NCBI GenBank assembly: GCA_965249725.1
Contig: OZ252251.1
Location: 608,001-672,000, forward strand
Direction of reading: 5' to 3'
Length of the DNA: 64,000 nt
Source: Longimicrobiales bacterium
GTDB lineage: Bacteria > Gemmatimonadota > Gemmatimonadetes > Longimicrobiales > Gaopeijiaceae
Every line of letters starts with the position of its first letter. The first letter of the stretch is position 1. Positions 30,126-40,759 of this stretch are shown piece by piece. A model generated the notes under the pieces. It saw only the letters and a list, made by a program, of their open reading frames with translations. It was not told the DNA's origin and made no database searches. Position numbers and translations under genes: made by a program.

Positions 30126-30138
30126 TGCCGCCCAGGAC

Positions 30139-31671
30139 CTAGTCCACATGCCCCATGATCTTCTTCACGCCCGGACTCACCAACAGTGCCACGATGCCGG
30201 CGCCGCCGATGATCATTGCCACGGTTCTGAAGAGGGCGAAGGGCGGCAAGGTCTCGAGATTTCCTGCCACCAGCCCTGCGATGAGGTTTCCGAGCGCGGT
30301 CGCTACGAACCAGACGCCCATCATCTGACCGACCCGTCCCTTCGGGGCCAGCTTGGTGATGGATGAGAGTCCGACCGGGGAGAGACACAGCTCACCCATC
30401 GTATGCAGGAAGTACATCACGACCAGCCAGGACGGCGAAGCGAGGTTGTCCACCGTTGCATTCGCGGCTCCCCACGAGATGACGAAGAACCCCGCGGCCA
30501 ATCCCAGTAGGCCCAGGGAGAACTTCACCGGGATCGACGGGCTCGCATTCCGCTTCGCGAGCCAGAGCCACACGTACGCGAAGACGGGTGAAAAAACGAT
30601 GATCATCCCCGCGTTCACCGACTGCAGGAAGCCGGCGGGCATCAGCCATCCGAAGAAGTCGCGGTCGGTCAGGTCCTGAGCGAACAGATTGAGAGACGAG
30701 CCTGCCTGTTCGAAGCCCGACCAGAAAAAGGCAGCCAGCACGAAGAGCCAGAGGATGACGGACAGACGTCGCTTTTCCTCTCCGCTATGACCGCCGAAGC
30801 CCAGCAGATACACGAAGTAGAGTCCGATCAGGATCAGGATGCTGCTTCCCAGCCCGGTCGCGATCTGGGTGAGGTTCAGGGGGATCGTCCCCTGGGCGAC
30901 CAGCCATCCGAACAGAACGATGGCACTCAGGCTACCGAAGAAGACGGTGTAGAACTTCCGGGCCAGGGCGGCCACTTCGGCGGGCGTGTCTTCTGTTTGC
31001 AAGATCCCGGCGTCGCCGAGGTACTTGATGCCCATCCTGAATTGAATGAGGCCCAACGTCATGCCGAACCCCGCCAGCGAGAAGCCCCAGTGCCAGTTGT
31101 AGCCCTCGCCCAGGAAGGCGCATCCGAGAGGACCGAGTAGCGCTCCCAGGTTGATCCCCATGTAGAAGACGGAGAATCCGGCGTCCCGCTCGGCGCCTCC
31201 CTGAGGGTACAGGTCGCCCACCACCGTGCTGACGTTCGGCTTCAGTAGCCCGGTCCCCATCACGATCAGGACAAGCCCGAGGTAGAATGTGAACTCCGTG
31301 GGGACGGCCATGCTGAAGTGGCCGGCAGCGATGATCCAGCCGCCGACGTAGACTGCCTTGCGCTGGCCCCAGAGGTTGTCGGCGACCCACCCACCCGGCA
31401 GCGCAAGCAGGTACACGAGGGCGGTGTAGAGCCCGTAGATGGCGGCCGCAGTTCCCACGTCCAGGCCCATGCCCGGGTTGTTACCGGTCGTGGCCGCCGT
31501 CATGAACAGGATGAGCAGAGCCCGCATCCCGTAGTAGGAGAAACGCTCCCACATCTCCGTGAAGAAGAGCGTGGCCAGTCCCCTCGGTTGTCCCAAGAAC
31601 TGGCGACCCTCGCTCGACCTTGGTGCTCCCGGTCCTGTTCCTGCTCCTACGTATGCGGAAGTCGTGCTCAA
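30139..31671 (-). CDS. POT-family proton/oligopeptide symporter (DtpT-like)
   Basis: LFFTEMWERFSYYGMRA; GTGLLKPN; FYMGINLG; FEQAGSSL; GELCLSPVGLS. Start codon uncertain. Confidence 0.93.
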   Translation of the reverse strand: MSTTSAYVGAGTGPGAPRSSEGRQFLGQPRGLATLFFTEMWERFSYYGMRALLILFMTAATTGNNPGMGLDVGTAAAIYGLYTALVYLLALPGGWVADNLWGQRKAVYVGGWIIAAGHFSMAVPTEFTFYLGLVLIVMGTGLLKPNVSTVVGDLYPQGGAERDAGFSVFYMGINLGALLGPLGCAFLGEGYNWHWGFSLAGFGMTLGLIQFRMGIKYLGDAGILQTEDTPAEVAALARKFYTVFFGSLSAIVLFGWLVAQGTIPLNLTQIATGLGSSILILIGLYFVYLLGFGGHSGEEKRRLSVILWLFVLAAFFWSGFEQAGSSLNLFAQDLTDRDFFGWLMPAGFLQSVNAGMIIVFSPVFAYVWLWLAKRNASPSIPVKFSLGLLGLAAGFFVISWGAANATVDNLASPSWLVVMYFLHTMGELCLSPVGLSSITKLAPKGRVGQMMGVWFVATALGNLIAGLVAGNLETLPPFALFRTVAMIIGGAGIVALLVSPGVKKIMGHVD

Positions 31672-31829
31672 AACGGCTCCGATCCTGGGAGTGAGGCGTT
31701 CTCGTCTCGCTACTATGCCGGTCTCCAACCTCTATCTCGGGTTTCTTCTCCCGTACGGCAAGGGCGGGTAGGTTGGTCACCGGCGCTTCATCTGTCCCCA
31801 ACTTGCGAGGAAGGCCCGCCACGTCCCAG

Positions 31830-33020
31830 ATGCGTTCGCTCCCCAGAAACGTTTGGGTCCTCTCCCTCACGAGCTTCTTCCGTGACATCGCGAGCGAGAT
31901 GCTCGTGCATCTGCTTCCGCTCTTTCTTGCGAACGTCCTGAGCGTACGGATCGCCGTCATCGGTCTCATCGAAGGTGTGGCCGAGACTACGGCCAGCCTC
32001 ATGAAGATCTACTCGGGCTGGCTGTCCGATAAGCTGGGACGTCGGAAGGGACTCACGGTGGGCGGATACGGCCTGGCTGCGTTGGCCATGCCGTTGCTGC
32101 TGATCGCCCGTACCTGGCCGTTGGTGTTTCTCTACCGGTTCCTGGACCGGATGGGGAAGGGGATTCGAACGGCCCCTCGTGACGCTCTGATCGCCGACTC
32201 GGTGGGGGCAAAGCAACGGGGGGCGAGCTTCGGTCTCCACCGTGCAGCCGACAGTGCGGGCGCATTCTTGGGGCTGCTCGTGGCGATGGCTCTGGTCTGG
32301 GGCATCCAAGGGGGGAACGTGGCTCTGGATCGCGACACGTTCCGGGCAGTCGTGGGATGGTCCTTGGTGCCTGCCGTCCTAGCCGTGCTGGTCGTGGCCG
32401 GGGGTGTCAAGGAGGTCGTCACGGCCCGGCCGGCGGTGCTCCCCCGGGTCAGCTTCCGTGGAGTCGACCCCCGCTTCAAGCGGTTCCTCGTCGTGATGAC
32501 CCTATTCACTCTGGGGAACAGCACGGACGCTTTCCTCATTCTGCGGGCGCAAGACGGAGGCGCGTCGGTGTTGGCGATTCTGGGACTCCTCGCCGGCTTC
32601 AACCTGGTCTACACGGTTCTCGCGGGCCCGGCAGGGGCGCTCTCCGATCGGATGGACCGACGCAAGGTCATCGTTGGCGGATGGCTCCTCTATGCCCTGG
32701 TGTACCTGGGCTTCGCGGTCGCGGACCGGACCTGGCATTTCGGTGTGCTGTACGCCCTGTACGGCGCGTACTACGCGTTCACAGAAGGGGTGGCCAAAGC
32801 CTACGTGGCCGATCTCGTCCCGGAGAGTGAGCGCAGAGGCTCCGCATATGGTGCCTACAACGGCGTCATCGGCCTCATCGCGCTGCCGGCCAGCGTTGTT
32901 GCCGGGGTCCTGTGGCAGGGGCTGGGTCAGTGGTCCGGCTTCGGCCCGGCCGCTCCCTTCCTGTTCGGGAGCGGCCTGTCGTTGGTTGCCGCCGTGCTAC
33001 TGTGGCGTTGGGTGGAGTGA
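31830..33020 (+). CDS. MFS transporter
   Basis: DIASEM; GWLSDKLGRRK; DRMGKGIRTAPRDALIADS; second-half GALSDRMDRRK. Confidence 0.9.
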   Translation: MRSLPRNVWVLSLTSFFRDIASEMLVHLLPLFLANVLSVRIAVIGLIEGVAETTASLMKIYSGWLSDKLGRRKGLTVGGYGLAALAMPLLLIARTWPLVFLYRFLDRMGKGIRTAPRDALIADSVGAKQRGASFGLHRAADSAGAFLGLLVAMALVWGIQGGNVALDRDTFRAVVGWSLVPAVLAVLVVAGGVKEVVTARPAVLPRVSFRGVDPRFKRFLVVMTLFTLGNSTDAFLILRAQDGGASVLAILGLLAGFNLVYTVLAGPAGALSDRMDRRKVIVGGWLLYALVYLGFAVADRTWHFGVLYALYGAYYAFTEGVAKAYVADLVPESERRGSAYGAYNGVIGLIALPASVVAGVLWQGLGQWSGFGPAAPFLFGSGLSLVAAVLLWRWVE

Positions 33021-33026
33021 GATCCG

Positions 33027-36000
33027 CTACTCCAGGTCGTTGATCACGGGCGACAGATTCCGGTCTCCGAGCATCTGGTTGAACTCCGCCACGTCCGCAT
33101 CGAGGAGCCGTTCCATCTCGGCGCGGTAACGAGCCAGCTCCTCTTTCAGTAGCCCCTGCACCTCACGGGCCTGATCGGTCGGCTCGAAGTCGCCACTGGT
33201 AATGGCTCCGGCCAAGTAACGGATTTCCTCCGCGAGCTTGGGTCCCCAACGCACACCATCCTGCCCCGTACCGGTCGTTTGAAGGCGAATCAGGTTGTCC
33301 TCGGCCGTGATGAGTTTGGCGTCCAGCTCGGCGGCCGCCTCTACCATGCCGGGTTCATCGCCCCGATCCTCGAGCAGGCTGCTCAGGTCATACAGTTGGC
33401 GACGCACCCACTCGACCCGGTTCACCAAGCCCGCAACGACTTCGTAGTCGTCCCGAAGCTCGGCGAACATGGCGAGCTGCTCTGCGATACTCGCCTCGGT
33501 GCCCTCGGAGCCGGGGGCCTTCAGAACATCGAATTCCTGCGACTGAGACTGACCGTTCGCCCTGAGGGTCACGGTGTACGTGCCCGGAGCTACCAACATC
33601 GAGAGCCGTTGTCCGCCAGACCGCCAACCCGCATCAGGGATGTCCACCCAGTCGGCATAGGTGGGAGTCGTGCGGAGCTTGATCTGGGTCGACGCATCGT
33701 CCCTGAGATCCCACCAGATGCGGTTGATACCGGGCTGGGCGGGCCCCTCCAGGGTGCGAACGACTCGCCCCGAAGCGTCCGCGATCGTCAGCGTGGCGCC
33801 ATCCGCCGGCGCCGCATCAAGCCAATAGTTGAGGGATGCCCCGTACGACGGGTTGTCACCGGCCGTCAGGTCGTTCGGCATTCCTCGCGCCCGAGTCTGG
33901 CCCCGGAGCCGATAGGCGTCGCGGGGCTCGAAGAGGTGCGAGGAGGACGCCACCACGTCGGCGGTCAGTTGTTGCAGCGGGGTGATGTCGTCCAGAATCC
34001 AGAATCCCCGTCCATAAGTGCCGACCACCAGATCGTTAAAGTGCTCCTGCACCACGAGCCCGTACATGGGGCTCGCCGGCATGTTGGCCTGTAGCGTTTG
34101 CCACACCTCACCGTCGTTGAAGGAGACGTAGACAGCGTTCTCCGTGCCGAGGTAAAGGAGTCCGGGGCGCACCGGGTCTTCGTGGATGCTCCGGGCATAG
34201 CTCAGCGGGCTGTCCGCGATTCCGTCTACGATCTTCGTCCAGCTTTGTCCGAAGTTGTCCGTCTTGTAGACGTGCGGTTCGAAGTTGCCCTGCTGATGGT
34301 GCTCGATGGCGATGTACGCCTTGCCCGCCTCATACCTCGACGCATCGATGCTTCGCACGACCCCGTCCGTCGGCAGGTCGGGGAGGTTGCCCGTGACGTT
34401 CGTCCAGTTCTCACCGCCGTCCCTGCTCACGTAGACGAGGCCGTCGTTCGATCCGCTCCAGTACACGCCGGGCTGAACGGGCGATTCGTCGAAGGCATAG
34501 ATCACGCAGCAGAACTCCACCCCTATGTTGTCCGGAGTGAGCCCACCCGAGATTCCCTGCTTCGACATGTCGTTTGTCGTGAGGTCGGGGCTGATCACAT
34601 CCCAGCTTTGCCCGCCGTTGGTTGTGCGGTGCACGTGCTGGCTGGTGACCAAGACGGTGTTTCTGTCGTGGGGCGAGATGAGCAGCGGGAAAGTCCACTG
34701 GAACCGGTACCGAACCCCACTCGCCGAGTGTCCACTGGCCAGCTCCGGCCAGACCTCGACGTCGCGGAACTGTTTGGTCCTGGCGTTCCAGCGGACGACG
34801 ATGCCGCCCCGTGCCCCCGCGCCCGAGGCGCTCGACCACACGATGTCGGGATCCTGAGGATCGGGAGTGGCGAATCCGCTCTCTCCGCCGCCCACCGTGG
34901 TCCACTCCGACCGTTGGATGCTGCCGGCCCCTGGGCTGTTGCTCGGGCCACGGAACGAAGGGCCGTCCTGTCGGTTGCCCATCACGTTGTACGGAACAGC
35001 ATTGTCGACGGTCACGTGGTACATCTGAGCGATCGGAAGCTGTACCCGATGCCAGGTGTCTCCACGCGTCATCGAGACCGCCATCCCTCCATCGTTGCCG
35101 ATGATCATGCGATCCCCGTTTTCGGGATCGATCCACATGTCGTGGTAGTCGCCTCCGGGGCGCCTTCGGCCCTGCTCGTTGACGTAGGTGTGGCCCCCGT
35201 CCAGGGTCCGGGCCAAGCCCGAGGTGAGGAAGTAGGCCTCGTCCGGATCCTCCGTGTTTACGAAGCAGTTGTTGTAGTAGGCGGTGCGCCCTCCGAGATC
35301 GCGGCTCTGGTTCACCAGTTGCCATGTGGAGCCGCCGTCGTCCGACCGCCAGAGCTCCCCGCTCTCCGTCTCGGCTCCGTGCCAGGGCACGCCGTCACCG
35401 GTTTCGATCAGCGCGTAGACGCGATCCGGATCGGCCGGTGTGAGGCAGACGTCGGTCTTCCCCACGGGCATGGTGGGCAAGCCGTTGCCCTCCAGCTTGT
35501 TCCATGTGTCTCCGCCGTCCTTCGACAGGTAGATGCCGCTGCCCTCTCCACCGCTCTCCCGTCCCCACGTATTGGCTGCTACCGTCCACATTCCAGCGAA
35601 GAGCTTGCGAGGGTTGGTGGGGTCCATCTCGACGCTGGACGCGCCGGTGTTTTCGTTCGCGAAGAGTACATGCTCCCAGCTCTCCCCACCGTCCTCGGTC
35701 CGGAAGACACCCCGCGCCTGCTGGGGGCCGTGGGCATGCCCGAGTGCACCCACATAGACGATATCGGGATTGGTAGGATGGATGACGATCCGGGAGGTAC
35801 GTGTTGGCCCGTCATCACCGAGTCCCATGTGTCGCCAGGTATCGCCTCCGTCGGTGGACTTGTAGGCGCCCGTGCCGAGTGAGACGTTCGATCGGATGTG
35901 CGGTTCGCCGGTCCCTGCCCAGACGATCTCGGGGTCTGAAGGTGCCACTGCGAGCGCTCCGACGGCGTGGTCGGGCTGGCCCTCGAAGACGGGAGCCCAG

Positions 36001-36254
36001 TACTCGCCGCCATCCTCAGACTTCCAGATGCCACCGGATGCGGCACCCACGTAGTAGGTCAGAGGGTCGCCGGACACGCCCGCGACCGCGGCGATCCGAT
36101 TTCCCACGGGTCCGATGTGCCGATACGTGAGGCCATCGTAGAGACCGGGGGAGATATTCTGTGTCAGGCTCTCTCGGGGCGTGGTCGTCAGGACGGCGAG
36201 GACTCCGAGGAGCAGGATGGGAAGGCGGGGAGTTCCGGGTACACGCGTCGACAT
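33027..36254 (-). CDS. Secreted VPS10/sortilin-like BNR-repeat glycosyl hydrolase
   Basis: YRHIGPVGNR; multiple Asp-box S/T-x-DGG-x-T/SW repeats; GTYGRGFWILDDITPL; C-terminal helical region. Confidence 0.9.
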   Translation of the reverse strand: MSTRVPGTPRLPILLLGVLAVLTTTPRESLTQNISPGLYDGLTYRHIGPVGNRIAAVAGVSGDPLTYYVGAASGGIWKSEDGGEYWAPVFEGQPDHAVGALAVAPSDPEIVWAGTGEPHIRSNVSLGTGAYKSTDGGDTWRHMGLGDDGPTRTSRIVIHPTNPDIVYVGALGHAHGPQQARGVFRTEDGGESWEHVLFANENTGASSVEMDPTNPRKLFAGMWTVAANTWGRESGGEGSGIYLSKDGGDTWNKLEGNGLPTMPVGKTDVCLTPADPDRVYALIETGDGVPWHGAETESGELWRSDDGGSTWQLVNQSRDLGGRTAYYNNCFVNTEDPDEAYFLTSGLARTLDGGHTYVNEQGRRRPGGDYHDMWIDPENGDRMIIGNDGGMAVSMTRGDTWHRVQLPIAQMYHVTVDNAVPYNVMGNRQDGPSFRGPSNSPGAGSIQRSEWTTVGGGESGFATPDPQDPDIVWSSASGAGARGGIVVRWNARTKQFRDVEVWPELASGHSASGVRYRFQWTFPLLISPHDRNTVLVTSQHVHRTTNGGQSWDVISPDLTTNDMSKQGISGGLTPDNIGVEFCCVIYAFDESPVQPGVYWSGSNDGLVYVSRDGGENWTNVTGNLPDLPTDGVVRSIDASRYEAGKAYIAIEHHQQGNFEPHVYKTDNFGQSWTKIVDGIADSPLSYARSIHEDPVRPGLLYLGTENAVYVSFNDGEVWQTLQANMPASPMYGLVVQEHFNDLVVGTYGRGFWILDDITPLQQLTADVVASSSHLFEPRDAYRLRGQTRARGMPNDLTAGDNPSYGASLNYWLDAAPADGATLTIADASGRVVRTLEGPAQPGINRIWWDLRDDASTQIKLRTTPTYADWVDIPDAGWRSGGQRLSMLVAPGTYTVTLRANGQSQSQEFDVLKAPGSEGTEASIAEQLAMFAELRDDYEVVAGLVNRVEWVRRQLYDLSSLLEDRGDEPGMVEAAAELDAKLITAEDNLIRLQTTGTGQDGVRWGPKLAEEIRYLAGAITSGDFEPTDQAREVQGLLKEELARYRAEMERLLDADVAEFNQMLGDRNLSPVINDLE

Positions 36255-36346
36255 GGGTGTCTCCTGATCGTAGAGGGGACGCCTTCAAGAAATACTGTGG
36301 CGGGGAGCCGAACGGCAAGCTCGGGAAGGGTGGTGAAGAGGAGGCC

Positions 36347-36793
36347 TTATGAGCCATTCAAGCGGTTACGCTCCTGCAAGAGTGTACGAATCACTAGAGC
36401 GTCCCGCACCGCGCGCTCGAGGAAGTCCACGTCGAGTGGTTTGACCAGGTACGTACGGGCCCCCATGTCGATGCACTTCATCGCCAACTCGGGCTCGGAA
36501 TGCCCCGTCAGCATGATGACGGCCAGGTCAGGCTGTCGGCCCAAGGCCCATGCGAGAAACTCGACCCCATTCATTCTGGGCAGATCGATATCGAGCAGAA
36601 CCAAGTCGAACTCGGAGGAACTCATCCACGAGTCGGCCTCTTCGGCCGAGGCCGCGGTCTTCACGGAATAGCCGAGCTCTTCGACCACCGAGCGGGTCAG
36701 CCGTCGGACATCGGGATCGTCTTCGACGATCAGGATTTCGGCGGACTTGTCGGCAGCCGCGAGTAGGTCGGCCCACCCCATACCGAAAGTCAT
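36347..36793 (-). CDS. Single-domain response regulator
   Basis: ILIVEDD; LLDIDLPRMNG; IMLTG; YLVKP. Confidence 0.9.
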   Translation of the reverse strand: MTFGMGWADLLAAADKSAEILIVEDDPDVRRLTRSVVEELGYSVKTAASAEEADSWMSSSEFDLVLLDIDLPRMNGVEFLAWALGRQPDLAVIMLTGHSEPELAMKCIDMGARTYLVKPLDVDFLERAVRDALVIRTLLQERNRLNGS

Positions 36794-36805
36794 TCTCGCT
36801 TCCCC

Positions 36806-37156
36806 TCACCGATTGTTGGCACGCTCGAGGCCCTCCATTTTCCAGAGCTCATTGAGAATGCGATCCGTTTGCTGATCCAGGTCCCCTTCCTGCCTGTTCG
36901 AGTTCTCTTCCTGGGCAAGCTCTTCTGCGCTTTGCTTGCTCTGAATGCCGTAGTAGGCTCCGGCGCTCGCGGCAGCCAGGAGCGAGATCACCAGGCCGAT
37001 CATCAGGCGCTTCTGACGACGTTCCTTCCGGAAGCTCGCGCCCTGCTCGACCCTGCGGTCTTCGACGGACTCGCCGTGCGCCAGCTCGGGGCCGGCTCCC
37101 TCCTGTTCGGCATGACGCGGCGGCCCGCCCGGATAACCCCCTGTGATTTCCGACAT
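36806..37156 (-). CDS. Small single-pass membrane hypothetical protein
   Basis: Basic RKERRQKR then hydrophobic LMIGLVISLLAAASAGAYYG; same strand as flanking signalling genes. Confidence 0.6.
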   Translation of the reverse strand: MSEITGGYPGGPPRHAEQEGAGPELAHGESVEDRRVEQGASFRKERRQKRLMIGLVISLLAAASAGAYYGIQSKQSAEELAQEENSNRQEGDLDQQTDRILNELWKMEGLERANNR

Positions 37157-37164
37157 CTTCACCC

Positions 37165-37196
37165 CTTCTCATCGTGCTTCTCATCGTGCTTCTCAT
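37165..37196. repeat. 12-bp tandem repeat (CTTCTCATCGTG x2.7)
   Basis: 37165-37176, 37177-37188, partial 37189-37196. Confidence 0.85.
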
Positions 37197-37249
37197 TCAG
37201 TACTCACCCAAACAGAGGAAACAGGCAACCCCACGGCGGTGGGGACCCG

Positions 37250-39745
37250 CTAAGCTCCGTCGTCCAGCACTGTTCGCACTGCAACGGCAAGAGACTCTGC
37301 CGTAAACGGCTTCTGGAGAAACGCGATGTCACCGGTCGAGAGCCTCTCTCTGAGTACCTCGTCATCCGTGTACCCCGACATGAACAGCACCTTGGTGTCG
37401 GGCCGCATCTCCTTGACCCGCTCAGCCACCTCTCGTCCCCCCATGTTGGGCATCACGACGTCGGTGAGGAGAAGGTGGACCGCCCCGTCGTACGCCTTCA
37501 GTTGCTCCAGGGCATGCGGCCCGTCTTCGGCGGACAGGACTGTATATCCATGCTCCTCGAGGAGCTGGACCGCAATCCGGCGCAGTCGGACATCATCCTC
37601 AGCCAGCAGCACGGTTTCAGTCCCAAGCGGAAGAGCGGACTCCACCGAAGCGGCCTGGGCTACCTCTTCGTCCACCACCGGGAGGAAGATCCTCATCGTC
37701 GTCCCGACCTCGAGCTCGGTATCCACCTCGATGTGCCCGTCCATCTTCTGAACGAGCCCGTAGGCAGTAGCCAATCCGAGCCCCGTGCCCTTGTGGCGAC
37801 CCTTGGTGGTGAAGAAGGGATCGAACATCCGCTCTCTGACCTCGTCGGTGATGCCCGTCCCCGTGTCCTCGACCTCGAGCACGGCGTAGGGCTGAGGGGT
37901 CAGCGCCGGATGGGTCGTCAGGAAGGCTTCGTCCGGCGACACCGCGACGGTCCGAATCGCGAGCTCGCCGCCCTTGGGCATCGCATCACGCGCGTTCACG
38001 ACGAGGTTGGTCAGGACCTGCTCCATCTGCCCTTTGTCGACTAACACGCTTCCTAGTCGAGACTGGGTGGCGATGGTCAGGCGAATGTCCTCGGCGATCA
38101 GACGGCTCAGCATGCTGCTGATGTCGGTCACCAGCGCATTGAGGTCCAAGACCACGGGCTTGACCACCTGATCCCTCGAGAACGCCAACAATTGTCTGGT
38201 CAAGCCCGCCGCGCGCTCACCCGCCGCCTTGATCACGGTGAGGCGATCACGCATCGGATCATCATCCTCGAGACGCTTCATCCCGAGCTGCGCCTCGCCG
38301 ATGATCACACTCAGGATGTTATTGAAGTCGTGAGCCACCCCACCCGCGAGCTGCCCCAAGGCCTCCAACCTCTGCGCCTGTCGGAGTTGCTCCTCGAGCG
38401 CGACCTGTTGCGTGATGTCCTGCACGAAGCCCTGGAAAACCGTGCCCCCATCGGGGCCCACTCCGACGGGAGATCCACTCACCCGCAGGGTGAGCTTTCG
38501 CCCGTCCTTCGACACCGCCTCGAACTCCGCGTCCTCGCCTCGTCCGATCTTCCCGAGTTGCTGGGTTCTTTCCTCGGGGTACGCGTATAACTCCGCGGCG
38601 GATCCGATGGACATGAGATCTTTCTCGGAGTCGTAACCCAACATCTCCACGAGTGCCGGGTTCACCATGAGGAACTCGCCTGCGACGTTCGACTTGTAGA
38701 TACCGTACATGGCCTTCTCGACCAGCTCCCGATACTCGCTTTCGGAGCGCCTCAGGCCGTCCTCGGCCGACTTGCGGTCGCTGATGTCGTGGTGGACGAC
38801 GACGACCCGCGCCGGCTCGGCCTCCTGGAAGCGGGTCACGTGGAGGGTGAACCACCGTTCCTGGCCAGCGGGACCACAAGCGTACTCCAAGTGGAACTGG
38901 CTCTGTTCCCCGACGGCCACCCTTCGGCACGCCTCCGCCGCCTGGACGGCCGTGTCGCGGTCTGCCCCCGTCGCCTCCTCGCATACATCGAGGTAGGCCG
39001 AGCCGACTCCCGCGGTCGGATCTTCATATCCGTTCGCGCGCGCGAACGTGCGCCATGCCTTGTTGACGCTCAGCAGGACACCGTTCTCGTCGAGAACTGC
39101 GATGAGCCCCGAGAGCGCGTCCATCGCCGACTGCAGGAAGCGTCGGGACTCCTGGGCGGCCTGTTCGGCCAGGATGGTCTTCTGCAGCAGCTCCCGGGAG
39201 TAGAGAATGTCCTCGAAGGTCGCGACCAGGTAGTCGAGAACGTGCTCGGGCGAGGCGGTCAGGGTGTAGGTCGTTCCCCTGAACGACGTTTCCACCTGTC
39301 TCGGGCGACGGCGCTCTTGTCGTGGCTCCCGGTCCCCGTGCGAGTCTCGCCCCGACAGCGCGCTCTCGATCCGGGAGAGGAGCTGCTCTTCCTCGAAGGG
39401 CTTTACCAAGAGGTGCTTGGCCCCGGCTTCGAGTCCGCGGATGATGTTGCTCGGATCGTCGAGCGATGTGAGGAGGATCACCGGTACTTCGACCCCACGG
39501 GCCTCTCGAATCTTCCCACATACCTGGTAGCCCGTCATGTCGGGCAGGACCACGTCGAGGAGTGCCAGGTCGCAGGGCTCAGCCGTCCATCTCTGCAGCG
39601 CCTCTTCCCCCGTGCCACAGGTCTCCACGTGGTATCCGTGCCGTTCCAAGATGGACTTCAATCGTGTGGCCTGCGTGGGACTGTCCTGCACCGCCAGAAT
39701 TCGGCCCTTGCCTCCCGCCGGGTCGTTCGGCACGGGTTCACTCAT
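37250..39745 (-). CDS. Hybrid sensor histidine kinase (REC-PAS-PAS-HisKA-HATPase-REC)
   Basis: N-terminal REC; GGVAHDFNNIL; NLVVNARDAM; DTGTG; FDPFFTTK; GTGLGLA; C-terminal REC LLLTDVVMP/FLQKPF. Confidence 0.93.
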   Translation of the reverse strand: MSEPVPNDPAGGKGRILAVQDSPTQATRLKSILERHGYHVETCGTGEEALQRWTAEPCDLALLDVVLPDMTGYQVCGKIREARGVEVPVILLTSLDDPSNIIRGLEAGAKHLLVKPFEEEQLLSRIESALSGRDSHGDREPRQERRRPRQVETSFRGTTYTLTASPEHVLDYLVATFEDILYSRELLQKTILAEQAAQESRRFLQSAMDALSGLIAVLDENGVLLSVNKAWRTFARANGYEDPTAGVGSAYLDVCEEATGADRDTAVQAAEACRRVAVGEQSQFHLEYACGPAGQERWFTLHVTRFQEAEPARVVVVHHDISDRKSAEDGLRRSESEYRELVEKAMYGIYKSNVAGEFLMVNPALVEMLGYDSEKDLMSIGSAAELYAYPEERTQQLGKIGRGEDAEFEAVSKDGRKLTLRVSGSPVGVGPDGGTVFQGFVQDITQQVALEEQLRQAQRLEALGQLAGGVAHDFNNILSVIIGEAQLGMKRLEDDDPMRDRLTVIKAAGERAAGLTRQLLAFSRDQVVKPVVLDLNALVTDISSMLSRLIAEDIRLTIATQSRLGSVLVDKGQMEQVLTNLVVNARDAMPKGGELAIRTVAVSPDEAFLTTHPALTPQPYAVLEVEDTGTGITDEVRERMFDPFFTTKGRHKGTGLGLATAYGLVQKMDGHIEVDTELEVGTTMRIFLPVVDEEVAQAASVESALPLGTETVLLAEDDVRLRRIAVQLLEEHGYTVLSAEDGPHALEQLKAYDGAVHLLLTDVVMPNMGGREVAERVKEMRPDTKVLFMSGYTDDEVLRERLSTGDIAFLQKPFTAESLAVAVRTVLDDGA

Positions 39746-39796
39746 GGCCCGTCGGGGCACGGCCGGTGTCGCTCGCATGAGGCGGGCACCCCACGG

Positions 39797-40759
39797 CTAT
39801 GCGATGCTCCTTAGTCCGTTAGGGGCGTAGCGTCTGAATTCCTCGAAGACGTCCCCATCCCACCATCCTCGCTTTACCTCCTCATCCAACTCCTTCAAGG
39901 CCACGTCGACGGGCAGGGCCGGCTTGTACGGACGCTGCGTCGTGAGAGCGTCGAAGACATCGACGACCTGCAGGATCCGGGCGGTCAAAGGAATCTGCTC
40001 TCCTTTGAGTCCGTCGGGGTAGCCCGATCCGTCCATTCTCTCATGGTGATGACGGATGATGGGCCTGATCAGGCTGAACGACTTGAGTGACTTGCAGATC
40101 TGCTCCCCGGCTGCCGGGTGCCGTTGAACCACCTTGCGCTCTTCGGCAGTGAGGCGGCCCGCCTTCAGGAGAATGGTGTCCGGGACAGCGATCTTTCCGA
40201 GGTCGTGCACGATTCCGGCCTGTCGGAGGGCGTTCACTTCCTCTTCCGGAAGACCAAGCCTCTGCCCCAGAGCACTTGCATACTCAGATAGCCTCTCGCA
40301 GTGACCTTCCGTGTAGTGATCCCTTTGCTCAATGGTGCGAGCCATGGTGAACAGCACGGCCTCGGCGCGCTCGAGTTCGTCGGTGTACTCCTTGACTCTG
40401 ATCAACGATCTCACGCGGGCGAGCAGTTCCACCTCGTCGATGGGCTTCGATAGGAAGTCGTCTGCACCTGCCTCGATTCCACTGACCTTGTCGCCACCGA
40501 CGCTCCCCGTAATGAGCACGACGGGAGTCAGGCGTGTCTCGGGATCCGCCTTGAGCTGGCGGCACAGCTCGAGTCCATCGAGCCGCGGCATCTTCACATC
40601 GGAAAGGACCAGGTCGGGCGACACGTCCCTAAAGGTCGCCAGGCCGTCCACGCCGTCCACGGCCGTGATGGTCTCGATGCCGTTCTCTCGTAGGAGTGAC
40701 GCCAAGATCCGACGAATGTCCGGATCGTCATCGACAACGAGTACGAGTTTTGAGTTCAC
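39797..40759 (-). CDS. Response regulator with HD-GYP cyclic dinucleotide phosphodiesterase domain (RpfG-like)
   Basis: REC VVDDD/DVKMP; YTEGHCER; HDLGK; HHERMDGSGYPDGL; DVFDALTTQRPYK. Confidence 0.93.
   Translation of the reverse strand: MNSKLVLVVDDDPDIRRILASLLRENGIETITAVDGVDGLATFRDVSPDLVLSDVKMPRLDGLELCRQLKADPETRLTPVVLITGSVGGDKVSGIEAGADDFLSKPIDEVELLARVRSLIRVKEYTDELERAEAVLFTMARTIEQRDHYTEGHCERLSEYASALGQRLGLPEEEVNALRQAGIVHDLGKIAVPDTILLKAGRLTAEERKVVQRHPAAGEQICKSLKSFSLIRPIIRHHHERMDGSGYPDGLKGEQIPLTARILQVVDVFDALTTQRPYKPALPVDVALKELDEEVKRGWWDGDVFEEFRRYAPNGLRSIA

Noticed and set aside
34098..35882. 594-aa plus-strand ORF (also 33279-34094)
   Set aside because: Antisense shadow of the VPS10/BNR hydrolase, typical of high-GC codon bias.
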